DNA of 64,000 nt from the human T2T-CHM13v2.0 reference genome, Homo sapiens, in assembly GCF_009914755.1 (NCBI RefSeq), contig NC_060940.1. The stretch is one strand, 5' to 3'. Numbering within the stretch: position 1 is the stretch's first letter; each line of letters begins with the position of its first letter. Positions 22,114 to 61,919 of the stretch are shown here, piece after piece. The position numbers and the translations under genes were made by a program. The notes under the pieces are model-generated. The model was not told the DNA's origin. It saw nothing but the letters and a program-made list of their open reading frames with translations, and ran no database searches.

Positions 22114-23243
22114 GATATATTGTAGAAAAGAATAGTCCGTAAATTCCCAGCAGTAACACTTCGCATATTTTGCCTCTTATTACTTGGAGTATACTGTGTT
22201 TCATATGGCTTTTTAAACTTTGTAAAAACTGCAGCAAGTGCCTGATTACTTAGGGCTTCTTTATCTAGTGACAGACTATTTAGTCCATTAATTTTGTGCT
22301 GTACAACAGGAAAGAGAAAGAAAATGACTTCTGCAGAGACTGAATCATCTTTATGTCCTCTATGGTAGTTGGCACTTAGTAGATATTAAATAAAAAACAG
22401 GCTGGGCAAGATGGCTCATGCCTGTAATCCCAGTACTTCGGGAGGCTGAAGCAGGTGGATCACTTGAGCTCAGGAGTTCAAGACCAGCCTGGGCAACATG
22501 GTAAAATCCTATCTCTACAAAAACTATAAAAAGTAGCGGGATGTGGTGGCATGTGCCCATAGACCCAGCTACTTGGAAGGCTGAAGTGGGAGGATTGCTT
22601 GAGCCCGGGGGGTGGAAGTTGGACTGAGCCAAGGTCCAGCTCCAGCCTGGGCCACAGAGGGAGACCCTGTCTCAAAACAAACAAACAAACAAATCTCTTT
22701 AACTCCCAAAATGGAAAGTTCTCCAAGATATATGTTAAGTGATTAAAAAAAAAAAAAAAAAAAGGGCCAGCCTGGCATGCTGGCTCATGCCTGTAATCCC
22801 AGCACTTTGGGAGGCCGAGGAAGGCAGATCACCTGACGTCAGGAGTTCGAGACTAGCCTGACCAACATGGGGAAACCCCGTCTCTACTAAAAATACAAAA
22901 TTAGCCAGGTGCGGTGGCGCATGCCTGTAATCCCAGCTACTCGGGAGGCTGAGGAGGAGAATCGCTTGAACCCAGGAGGCGGAGGCTGTGGTGAACCGAG
23001 ATAGCACCACTGCACTCCAGCCTAGGCAACAAGAGCGAAACTCCATCTCAAAAAAAAAAAAAAAAAAAAAAAAGGAAACCGCATCTCTACTAACAATACA
23101 AAAATTAGCTGGGCAAGGAGCTAGGTGATTATAGTACCAGCTACTCAAGAGGCTGATGCAGGAGAATCACTAAACCGCATCTCTACTAAAAATACAAAAC
23201 TTAGCCAGGCAAGGAGCTGGGTGACTATAGTACCAGCTACTCA

Positions 23244-23429
<186 letters not shown>

Positions 23430-23493
23430 TCACTGGAGCCCAGGAGTTTGAAACCAGCCTAGGCAACATAGTGAGACCCTGTCTCTATATTAA

Positions 23494-23530
23494 ACACACA
23501 CACACATGCACACACACACACACACACACA
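23494..23530. repeat. Interrupted (CA)n microsatellite
   Basis: Directly visible. Confidence 0.93.
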
Positions 23531-23664
23531 AAGGCAGCCAGACTATGCACTAGGAACTGCCCTGGGAATCCCTTTGCGTTCTCACAACAATCCCATTTCA
23601 CAGATGAAGAAACCAAGGCACAGAAATATTAAGTAATGTGTCCAGGTGCGGTGGCTCACGCCTA

Positions 23665-24060
<396 letters not shown>

Positions 24061-24832
24061 CTACTTACTGTGTGAGAAGCGCCTGTTCTGTGGAAGGTTG
24101 TGGGCTGAGATCTTTCCATGAGTTCCACTCATTTACCCCCAAGGCTGTTCTTAAAGGCAGGCATGACAGTTATGCCCATTTTACAGATGCGGCCCTGAGG
24201 CTCACAAGGGCACGCCACTCGCCCATTTCCACAAAGCTATAGCTCGTTAGCGGAGGGCAGAATTCGGCCGCCTCTCCCCTAGCTCGAAGGCTGTGATTGA
24301 CACAGAGGTTTTTGTTGTTGTTGCTGTTGTTTGTTCTTTTTTCTTTTTTTTTTTTTTTGAGACAGGGTCTTGCTCTGTCATCCCGGCTGGAGTGCAGTGG
24401 TGCGATCTCAGCTCACTGCAAACTGCCTCCAAGATGCAAATGATTCTCATGCCTCAGCCTCCCAAGTAGCTGGAATTACAGGTGTGCACTACCACGCCCA
24501 GCTGTTTTTTGTAGAGATGGGGTTAGTAGAGATTTGTTTAATAGAGATGGGGTTTCACCATGGTCTCTACTAAACCCTGTCTCTACTAAAAATACAAAAA
24601 TTACCCAGACGTGGTGGCACATGCCTGTAGTCCCAGCTACTCAAGAGGCTGAGGCAGGAGAATCACTTGAACCTGGGAGGTGGAGGTTGCAGTGACCCAA
24701 AATCATGCACTCTAGCCTGGGGTCTCGCTTTTGCCCAGGTTAGAGTGCAGTGGCACAATCACAGTGGCTCACTGCAGCCTCAAACTCCTGGGCTGAAGGG
24801 AATCCTCCCACCTCAGCCTCCCAAGTAGTTAG

Positions 24833-25104
<272 letters not shown>

Positions 25105-26282
25105 TGATCCACCTGCCTCGGCCTCTCAAAGTGTTGGGATTACAGGCATGAGCCACTGAGCCTGGCCTGGTGAGCTAATTTTTAAATTTGTTATAGAGAC
25201 AAGAGAGACAAGAGTCTCTCTTATGTTGCCCAGGCTGGTCTCGATCCCCTGGCCTCAAGTGATCCTCCCACCTCAGCCTCCCAAAGTGCTGGGATTACAG
25301 ATGGGTGTCACCGCACCTGGCCTCCGAGGAGGATTTCATTATAAACCTGCCCTGAAGGGAGGGAATCCAATTTTACGAGAGGGTGTAGCCTGGTGAGGCC
25401 TGGATGACCTCCGGAGGCAGGGGCTTGTGCCTGGGCTGAGGCCTAAGGGACAATGGGCAGACATGAAGTTGCCCCAGGCAGAGGGTACAGTGTGGGCAAA
25501 GTCAGGAAGTGGCAGGGCTTGGATCACTCCAGGAAGAGAGAGGAGTCATGTGTCACAGGAGCTCGAGACCCAGAGAGTGAGGCAGGCAGGCAGGGACCAA
25601 GCTTGGGCACAGCCAGGAAGGCAGGACAGGGCATGGTGGGGCCAATGGAATCATTACCCAAGACGGGCATTTTCAGGGAAACAGCTTAGATAAGGCCAGG
25701 CATACAGTAGCTCCCACCTGTAATCCCAGCATTTGGGGAGGCTGAGGTAGGAGGACTGCTTGAGCCTGGGAGTTCAAGACCAGCCTAGGCAACATAGACC
25801 CCATATCCACAAAAAATTTAAAAAAGGAGTTTGTGTTCCTGTAGTAGCATACTTGGGAAGTTGAGGTGGCAGTATCACTTGAGCCCGGGAGTTCAAGGCT
25901 AAAGTGAGCTGATTGAGCCATTGCACCCCAGCCTGAGCGACAGAGAGATATGCTGTCTCAAAGGAAATACAAATTAAAAAACCAGCCGGGCATGCTGGCG
26001 TGTGCCTGTAGTCTCAGCTACTTGGGACACTGAAGTGGAAGGATCGCTTGAGCCCAGGAGTTCAAGGCTGCCGTGAGCTATGATTGTGCCTCTGCAGTCC
26101 AGCCTGGGCGACTGCAGACTGCAGGACTTTTTTAAAGACCCTGTCTCTTAAAAAAAAAAAAATCTTAGATAAGAGGATGCTGTGCCTCCCTGGGGGTCTT
26201 CAGTCACCCATGGTCCTGGCAAGAGAGGAGGGCCAGGAGAGAGCTTCACCCACCTGCTGTCCTGCCCATGTGACATCCGCAG

Positions 26283-26389
26283 GTGCTGCCATGGCCACGA
26301 CTGTTGTTACACTCGAGCTGAGGAGGCCGGCTGCAGCCCCAAGACAGAGCGCTACTCCTGGCAGTGCGTCAATCAGAGCGTCCTGTGCG
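26283..26389 (+). pseudogene. Isolated PLA2G10 (group X secreted phospholipase A2) catalytic exon, pseudogene fragment
   Basis: ccgcag|G TGC TGC CAT GGC CAC GAC TGT TGT TAC = CCHGHDCCYTRAEEAGCSPKTERYSWQCVNQSVLC, the sPLA2 CCxxHDCC motif. The donor reads ATGAGT instead of GTGAGT; no other PLA2G10 exon recognised. Confidence 0.9.
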
Positions 26390-27446
26390 ATGAGTCCCCA
26401 GCAGCACCATGCCACCCACCCCGAGTATCCCCTGGGCACCCTGGCATAGCCAGATGACTTCCGTGCCCCTGTTGCAATAACCACTGCTTCCAAGTCTCTG
26501 TAGACCACCCCTTGGGTATATCTCATGTAAGTGATATTTATTTTATTTATATTTTTTGAGTCAGAGTCTCACTCTGTCACCCAGGCTAGAGTGTGCTGAC
26601 GTGATCTTGGCTCACTACAACCTCTGTCTCCTGGGTTCAAGCGATTCTCATGCCTCAGCCTCCCAAGTGGCTAGGACTACAGACATGCACCATCACGCCC
26701 AGCTAATTTTTGTATGTTTTTCAGTAGAGGTGGGGTTTCACCAAGTTGGCCGGGCTGGTCTCAAACTCCCCACCTCAAGTGCTCTGCCCGCCTCGGCCTC
26801 CCAAAGTGCTGGGATTACAGGCATGAGCCATGGTGTCTGGCCCTAATGTGAGTGATCTTTAACACTGAGCACTTGAAAAAGAAAACCCTGAAGAAACCTA
26901 ATTATTCGATGTCTGGACGACAAGGAAGAAGATAGAAATGGCATCAGATAATAAACAGTGTAAATGTTTGTTTATCAGAAAGGGGCTGGTGGTCGGGACA
27001 AGTAGGAGGATCGCTTGAGTCCAGGAGTGCATCTCTACAAAAAAGTTAAAGGATTTTTTAACATTGGCCAGGCGTGGTGGCACACATCTGTGATCCCAGC
27101 TACTTGGGAGGCTGAGGCAGGAGGATTGCTTGAAGCCCAGGAGGTTGAGGCTGCAGTGAGCTGTGATCGAGCCACTGCACTCCAGCCTGGGTGACACAGC
27201 AAAATCCAGTCTCAAAAAAAATAATAATAATATTTTACATAACCAACCACTTCTAAAGATTAAAAAAAAACCCCTATGATTAAAAACCTCAGGTCCCTCA
27301 GGCAATCATACCAGATATCGAAACAAAGCAATAACATAAGGACTGCAGTATTTATTTTATTTTTATATTATTTATTTATTCTTTGTTAGTTTTTGGAGTG
27401 TGGGTTTTGTTTTGTTTTTTGAATTTTTTATTTTGTTCTACTCGGT

Positions 27447-27452
27447 TTTATT
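27447..27452 (-). terminator. Candidate NPIPB poly(A) signal AATAAA (second copy at 27427-27432)
   Basis: TTTATT on the + strand about 35 nt beyond the stop codon. Confidence 0.7.
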
Positions 27453-27486
27453 CTTATTGCTCAGGCTTGAGTGCACTGGCCTCTTC

Positions 27487-49595
<22,109 letters not shown>

Positions 49596-50513
49596 TTGCA
49601 GAATGAGAACAGGGGCTCATGATGAGTGCCAACCTATTAGATAATTTAAAAAAAAAGTGTTGAATGAGTGGAAAAACAAGGTGATGTTTGAGTCTATAGT
49701 GGTCAAGGGCTTCAGAAAAGGACAGAACCAAGTTCAAATTCCTGTACTTTGAATTTCTACTTCATGCCATGCAAAATTACTTTACCCCTTTTAACCTCAG
49801 TTTTCTTCTGTGTGAAACAGGAACAATAGTTTCATTCGTCATTCAGTTTCTCTCAAGGTTTCACGAGATCATACCTATAAAACATCCAAGTCATTTAAAT
49901 GTATCATCATTTCTGTCATAATTAGTGGGATCCATTTCACTATTATTGGATATACAGTTCTGTGCCTGAAACCTACAAAAAAAGAAAATGTTAAGTCTAA
50001 AAAGCATTAGTGATTTCTCATTTTTATATTACTAATTATAACCCTATTTAATCACACAAGGCCTTGTCCGTGGCAGGTGCTCAATAAACACTTGTCGAAT
50101 CAATGCATGTGGGCTCCGGAGCCACACTGTTTAGATTCTATTCTGCCTCCACCACTTATCAGCTGTGTGATCTGGGTAAGATAATTCACCTCTTTATGTC
50201 TGCACTTCCCTCTCCATAAACTATATATAATGAGAATCCTTAGCTCATTCGGTTGTGGTGAGGGGTGAATGATTTGGCACACAGGAGGGGCTTGTTAAAC
50301 ATTAGCTGTGATGATCTCCTTCCAAATCTTCATTTTCAGAGCCACAGATGAGGCCACAGTGCAACCAGGTGACCTTAGAGTGTAAGTACACATGATCGCC
50401 AGCTATGCTCTGTCTCCACCATAGGTCCAAGACTGGGTAGTTCCGGCCTGGAGGTTTCTGCTGCATCTGCCTTCTCAGTGCTCACCTAAGGGCTTTTGTA
50501 TTTTCCTCCTCGC

Positions 50514-50596
50514 ATCCCCACAGATGGGGTTCAGGCTGCCGGACACAGCTGGGTGATGCCAGGGCAGTGGTCACCTGTGCCAGCCCTGTGAGGTAG
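50514..50596 (-). pseudogene. Degraded ACSM-like antepenultimate exon
   Basis: ccag|C TAC CTC ACA GGG ... gives YLTGLAQVTTALA / HPAV / SGSLNPICGD, against ACSM YRIGPAEVESALVEHPAV...VGSPDPIRGE; frameshifted, internally deleted, donor gcgagg. Confidence 0.7.
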
Positions 50597-50830
50597 CTGG
50601 AGGATCATTGTTCCTTCCTTCTCGGGCTCTGGGCAGATGCCAGGGCTGGGGTGACCCATGCCCTCAAGTTTCTTGCTTTGGTGGGCCACATTTTCCCTTG
50701 GCAAAGAGGGTAAAGGTCACAGGATGCCAGAGAGCTGTGACTTCTCTGTGCCCTGGGCCCAAACTATGAAGACCTGACACACTATGCTAAAAGTCCAAGG
50801 CTGGGTGCTCCCCAGAGCTTCTTGCCTCAC

Positions 50831-50935
50831 CGCTTCTGCTGAGGGAGGAATGAATACTATGTCCTCCCAGAGCTTTGGGAGCTTGTAGCAAGCAGCCTCC
50901 CCAGCACAAAATCTCTTGGAAACCTCTAACTGTGT
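50831..50935 (-). other. Candidate non-coding 5' exon of NPIPB
   Basis: tgtttcag|ACACAG ... GAAGCG|gtgagg; splice signals only. Confidence 0.3.
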
Positions 50936-51729
50936 CTGAAACATTAGTGCAAATGTTGCATCATATTTCCCATATGTCCGCATGTTTTAGGAAAAAACCC
51001 TCAATTTCCTAAATATGCAAGAAAAATCGATATTGTAGGACAATGTGACTTTTTAAAAAATGTTATTTAAAAATCTTCCCCACCTCCTTTTCTGCCCTCC
51101 AAGACTGCCAAATACTTGTTGAACAAATATTATTAAAAGCCTACTACGTGCCAGCCATGATTCATGGTCTTGGGGACACAGCAGAGAACAAACTGACAGG
51201 ATTCCTCTCTTATGCAACTCACATTCTTATACGATAATGATAAGGGTTAACATTAATTAAGCCGTCACCACGTGTTAGTCACGGTGCAGTCATTCCCACA
51301 CATTATTACACTTAAACCTGCTAGCAAGCTTGCAAGGTAGTTAGTTGTTTTTCCTTTAAAAACTGAGTCTCGGAATGATGAAGCACTCTGTCCAATGTCA
51401 CACGGCTAGTAAGTGTGGAGACCTTGCATCCAATCAATGCCCGTCTCATTCTAAAGGCCATGTTATGTGTTCTCCAGCCCATGGAGAATAATTTTAACAC
51501 AGTCAATGAAATTTCTACACAACAATGTTCTTGTTTCAAGTCCAAGAATGCCTCCTACACCTCCTATAATACTGGCTTTCTGGTGAGTAAAGATGGCATT
51601 CTCATGTGTAATCAGGTGGCAAATGGAGATATGACCAAAGTAACCATCTGCCTACACTCATAACCCTGTACACACTCTTCCTGTGTCGATTCAATTCAAG
51701 TACCCCTTTTGATCACTTAGCAAATCTGA

Positions 51730-52967
<1,238 letters not shown>

Positions 52968-54073
52968 TAGCCAGGATGGTCTCAATCTCCTGATCTCGTG
53001 ATCTCTGCGCCTCGGCCTCCCAAAGTGCTGGGATTACAGGTGTGAGCCACCGTGCCCAGCCTAATTTTTGCATTTTTAGTAGAGAGGAGGTTTCACCATG
53101 TTGGCCAGGATTGTCTCCATCTCCTGACCTTGTAATCCACCTGCCTCGGCCTCCCAAAGTGCTGGGATTACAGGCGTGAGCCACTGCAACTGACTTTTTT
53201 TCTTTTCCTTTTTTTTTTGTTTTTTGAGACAGAGACTCACTCTGTCACCCAGGCTGGAGTGCAGTGGCATGATTTCGGCTCATTGCAACCTCCACCTCCT
53301 GAGTTCAAACAATTATCCTGCCTCATCCTTCAGAGTACCTGGGATTACAGGTGTGTGCCACCGTGCCCGGCTCATTTTTGTATTCTTAGTAGAGACGGCA
53401 TTTCGCCATGTTGGCCAGGCTGGTCTCAAACTCCTGGCCTCAACTGATCCACTCTCATTGGCCTTCCAAGGTGCTGGGATTATAGGCGTGAGCCACTACA
53501 ACTGGCTCAGTAAATACATTTTTTATTATCAAAAAAGAGCAGTGTATGGTTGGCATATTCTGTGTAGAATGTATTTTATTGATGTCTCCTATTTTTATAA
53601 TTTGCGAGTTAAGTACTTTTTAATTAATGCTTTTTAGTTTTGGGCAGATTCAGTTGACTAAAGCACCTCATTTCCCCGATACATGAAATAAAATATTTGG
53701 CTTCTTTTCCAATTTCACACTGATGTTATTTTGTGAAAATCAGTGCTTTAAGATAAATCTTTATACGTTAAGGTAAACATGAGAAACTTGATCTAATATT
53801 TAATATTTATTCAGTTCTACACTTTATTAACTTGTACACCAGCAGATTTAAACATTATGTAACTATCTCAAGAAGTTTCACTTGGATGTAATGCTTCACG
53901 CTTGTAATCCCAGCACTTTAGGAGGCTGAGGTGGGAGGACTGCTTAAGGCAAGGAGTCTGAGACCAGTCTGGGCAATACAGCAAGATCCCATCTCTATTT
54001 TAAAGAAAAGTTTCACTTTGGGAGGCCAAGGCGGGTGGATCACAAGGTCAGGAGATCGAGACCATCCTGGCTA

Positions 54074-54295
<222 letters not shown>

Positions 54296-54934
54296 CTAAG
54301 AATTCCACCACAGTTCTGTTGTCTCCAATGTCATCTTCCACAGATTTCAAGTTGTGAAGCCCTGAACTGTTAATTTATCTTGAGAATGTATATTTAAGCT
54401 TAATTTAAGACTATATACCTAAAAATTGAGCATATAATTTCTATAATTTATTTATGTAAGTTTCTGTAAGTCATAAGTATGTGGTTTCCAAGGGTATAAT
54501 TTATCTGAATGTAATAGGCATTAATATATTTTACATTATTGGGACCATAGTACAGAAATTTCTAAATGGTTTGTAAAATAACTTGTTATTTGTGTTGTTG
54601 TAAAAGCAGTTAATACAATGGAAAAACTTGTAAGAAGAAGATACAGTTTAACATCAAAAAGTTTACCCAAGGTAATTATGAGTACTACACCTGGCAAAAC
54701 TTCACAGAAGCTGTGGTATCACTTTTACGATGGAAGAATAGTGTTTGCATTTTGTGTAAAAGTACTTGCGGCTGGGCGTGGTGGCTCATGTCCCAGTGCT
54801 TTGGGAGGCGAAGGCCGGTGGATCATCTGAGCCCAGGAGTTTGAGACCAGCCTAGGCAATGTGGCAAGAGCCTGTCTCTCCAAAACCTACAACAATTAGC
54901 CAAGCATGGTGGTGTGAGCCTGTAGTCCCAGCTA

Positions 54935-55390
<456 letters not shown>

Positions 55391-55474
55391 TTACCTGTAA
55401 TTAAAAATCATGCATCATTCACGATTTATATCTTTTTTGTTTGTACAAAAATGAATACAAGTTATTCTCTTTTA

Positions 55475-55879
<405 letters not shown>

Positions 55880-56357
55880 TTAAATGGGGACTTAACATGA
55901 ACTATGTTCATAACAGTTGACCAAATTAAGTGTAGATCGTCTCTTTAATAAAGAGATCATCTGGAACTGCAATTTCTAACTCATACATCATTGCTAGAAA
56001 CCTTATTTGTTTACTGTTTCTCTTCCAAGGACCATCAGTCATCCTTTAAAATTCATTTGAAGCTCTGAAAAGATATTTTTTGTTACATGGGCAATTTACT
56101 TTTAGTACAGTAAAATGTTATGTGAATTTCTACAGCATGTTTGCCAAAATGAATTGTATCTAGAATACGCTTAATATATTCTGGAGGCAGCTTTCATTTG
56201 AAATTAGGTTCATCTTCTGAGAGTATGAAAAAGTTAATGGGTTTTTGTGCCTGAAGATTTTGATGTTGCATTTGGCTACATTTAATCCACTTTCACCCAT
56301 AAGTTTTAGCATCTAAAAAAATGAAATCACTGCTAATGCAATTAAAATGCATTATGA

Positions 56358-56842
<485 letters not shown>

Positions 56843-57061
56843 TAGAATGAGGCATGTTGACACCTCCCCTTCCCATCATGACCTAAGCTGGTCTTTTCAG
56901 TTTACTTTTGAATGTCCTTGCTCAACAGGAAGGGTCCATTCAGTCGGATTGGGTGGCTTAGAATTTTATTTTTGGTTTACATCTCAACTGTCACAGCAGC
57001 CGGGCGCGGTGGCTTCACACCTGTAATCCCAGCACATTGGGAGGCTGAGGCAGGGGTATCA

Positions 57062-57347
<286 letters not shown>

Positions 57348-57752
57348 TTAAACTGGTTAATGCAGAAAGGAAGTCTGGAAATTCCAGTTTTAAAGTAAAA
57401 TTTTGGACATTGTAGGATTGATTATTTGGCATAGTTGTGATGTTTGTTCCTGCATTATGGTTTTGTTGGCAGGGCAGCCTTTAAGGACCTGTATATTTTC
57501 TTCTAGACTCTATATATTCCCTGTGAGTATTAGTTGTATGGTCAAACTGGCAAATTTTACCATAGGTATAAATAATAGAGAATGTGGAAGAATAGTGAAT
57601 AGTGTCAGAGATAGTTAAAAGTCCATACAATAGTAGAGAAGGTAATAAGTAATAGTGGCTTGGACTAAATATTTGTTGAATAAATGTTTTAAAAAACAGG
57701 CTACCTACAATTTGTGTTGAAGATATGAATGAATGAAGTTTCCACACCCTTA

Positions 57753-58475
57753 TGTGGAGTCCTGATAAGTAAGCAACAATAAGGAAGGGTCCCCAGGTTG
57801 GGGAGAGCCCCAAGTTGAGAACAATAATGAACAATTACTGTATGAACAATTGTTAGAGACAGCTAATCACAAACAACCTGCGGGCACAATGACCTCATTC
57901 CACACGTAGCACCCTTCAGCAGGACCCTATAAAACTTTCCTCCAGCCCCTGCCTCTTTGCAGGTAGCCCCTTCTCTGCTGAGCTGCCCACTGCAACATAT
58001 TTTCATAATTTCTCTAATAAATCTGCCCTTCTTTACCTACAACTATCTTGGTAAATGGCTTTACCACCTGCAAAACTGACCCTAGGTTGTTGCTACCCGA
58101 TATGGTTTGGCTGCGTCCCCACCCAAATTTCATCTTGAATTGTAGTTCCCATAATCCCCATGTGTCGTGGGAGGGACCTGGTAGGAGGTAATCAAATCAT
58201 GGGAGCAGGTTTTTCCCATACTGTTCTCGTGATAGTGAATACATCTCACTAAATCTGATGGTTTTATAAAGGGCAGTTTCCCTGCACGTGCTCTCTTGCC
58301 TGCTGCCATGGAAGACATACCTTTTTGCTCCTTCTTTGCCTTCCACCATGATTCTGAGGCCTCTCCAGCCTTGTGGAACTGTGAGTACATTAAACCTCTT
58401 TTTCTTTATAAATTACCCAGTTTCGAGTATTTCTTCATAGCAGTATGAAAAGTAACTAATACACTACCCGAGACA
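57753..58475 (+). mobile_element. Solo LTR (TG...CA, 5-bp TSD CCTTA; ERVL-class likely) interrupted by THE1
   Basis: CCTTA at 57748-57752 and 58476-58480; internal TATAAAA and AATAAA. Confidence 0.75.
58098..58463 (+). mobile_element. THE1 (MaLR) solo LTR
   Basis: GATATGGTTTGGCTGCGTCCCCACCCAAAT ... ACTAATACA; TSD CTACC at 58093-58097 and 58464-58468. Confidence 0.92.
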
Positions 58476-58870
58476 CCTTAGGAGATTTGTAATAGCTGTA
58501 ATGCCAGGTCCACCATATTTTTAGCATAAAGCAAATGTTCATGCATGATATGACTGCACAGGCTTTCTTTCAGCTGGAGCCATAGCAACTCAAGTAGTAA
58601 CCCTATCTTAGTCTGATTAAAAGTAAATATTAGTCTGGGCATGGTGGGACATGCCTGTAATCCCAGTACTTTGGGAGGCTGAGACAGAAGGATTGCTTGA
58701 GCCCAGGAGTTTGAGACCAGCCTGGGCAACATGGAAAAACACCGTCTCTACAAAAAATACAAAAATTAGCTGAGCGTGGTGGCACACACCTGTAGTCCCA
58801 GCACCTTGGGAGGGTGAGGCAGGAGGATCTCTTGAACCCAGGAGGTGGAAGCCGCAGTGGGCAGTGATCA

Positions 58871-59730
<860 letters not shown>

Positions 59731-60218
59731 ATCATGCTACTGCACTCCAGCCTGGGCAACAGAGCAAGGCCCTGTCTCAAAAAAAAAAAAAAAAAAAAAA
59801 AAAGGAACATGACTTAATACATTCATTTTGGAGGGTAAGTCTCTCAAAATAGGCCTTTCACTGGGGGAAAATGGTAAAAATACTCCCTGGTAATTCAAGA
59901 ATTGGAGACTCCTGAGATGCTGCTCATATTAGCTGAACACTTATCAATACTTCACTTTTTTCCATATATACTCAAGGAACAAGTGCTATTTAAAGTGTTT
60001 CACTCCACTGTGCTAGGTGCAAGACTATAAAGAGGTGAGGATCAACACTTTTATGAAAACCAGTGTCATTCTGGATATAGTTTCAGATGCTAGTGCAAAG
60101 GAAGCTCTTGGTATACGGAAAAAGTATTCAACAATAAATTAGGCATGGTTGCTTCCATTTTCTGCCTCACATACTTTTTTTTTCGTGGTTAAAGTGATAT
60201 AATGTCTATGATATTTTA

Positions 60219-60494
<276 letters not shown>

Positions 60495-60615
60495 TCAGGC
60501 CAGGTGTGGTGGTGCATTCCTGCAATCCCAGCACTTTGGGAGGCTGAGATGGGCAGACAGCTTGACCTCAGGAATTCCAGACTAGCCTGGGCAACATGGC
60601 GAAACCCCATGTCTA

Positions 60616-60864
<249 letters not shown>

Positions 60865-60894
60865 CTACAGTCCTCTATTAGCAATGTGCCACAG

Positions 60895-61284
60895 CAGGGG
60901 TCCCTGACCCCTGGGCCATGGACATGTACTGGTCTGTGGCCTGTTAGGAACTGGGCCACAGAGCAGGAGGTGAATGGTGGGTAACAATTGAAGCTTCGTC
61001 TGTATTTCTGGCTGCTCCCCATTGCTTGCATTGCTGCCTGAGCTCTGCCTCCTGTCAGATCAGCAGCATCATTAGATTCTTACAGGAGCATGAACCCTGT
61101 TGTGAATTGCACACACGAGGGATCCAGGTTGCATATTCCTTATGAGAATCTAATTCCTGATGATTTGTGGTGGAACAGTTTCATCCCAAGACCATTACCA
61201 TCCTGCGCCCCATCCCTTGCCGCCTGTGGAAAAATTGTCTTCCACAAAGCCGGTCCCTGGTGCCAAAAATGTTGGGGACTGCTG
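60895..61284. mobile_element. MER1-type hAT-Charlie DNA transposon
   Basis: CAGGGGTCCC...GTGGCCTGTTAGGAAC...GGTCCCTGGTGCCAAAAATGTTGGGGACTGCTG. Confidence 0.85.
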
Positions 61285-61919
61285 TGCTTTAGAATCTGCC
61301 ATGAATCTGCAGCCTCTATTATATAGCTCCCTATAGACTTTGCTTCCTACCGTCTTACGTTCTGCCTTATAGGCATTTGAGTTTGCAGCCCTTGTTTTTG
61401 TTAGTATGTTATGCTGGTGACATTGACCAAATTGACCACACATTAATGATAAGCTTAGTTGGTGATGACCTCAACGGAATAACGTGACATAAGTATTGTG
61501 ACAATACTTCTTGCATGTATCTGCAGGTGGAATTGTAAACCTGGTGGTCCGAGATGGTCTAATTCCATCTTCCTATGTATCTCCTTATATTAATAGTGGT
61601 AACATTTGTGATGGTGATTCAGCATTTCAATGCCTCTTCTCATGGCAACAACAAACGTTTTCCTTCTGAATCAACATTAACCTAGATGTTACTGTGGATC
61701 AAAATTAGACTCTACATTTTCAACCACAGAAATACTGGGCAGTAAAAATTTTTCTTAATATTGATTGTCTACATAGGTTGTGTAATTAGCATGTGTTTAC
61801 AGTTCTATGATTTCTGCGTGGCTGCTACAGAGCTGGAGGGGGTAAAGCAACAGTGTTTTCTCAGTTGTGCGAGCAGCATTACATTATAATAAATAGGTAA
61901 TATTAAACTGGGCTGATGA

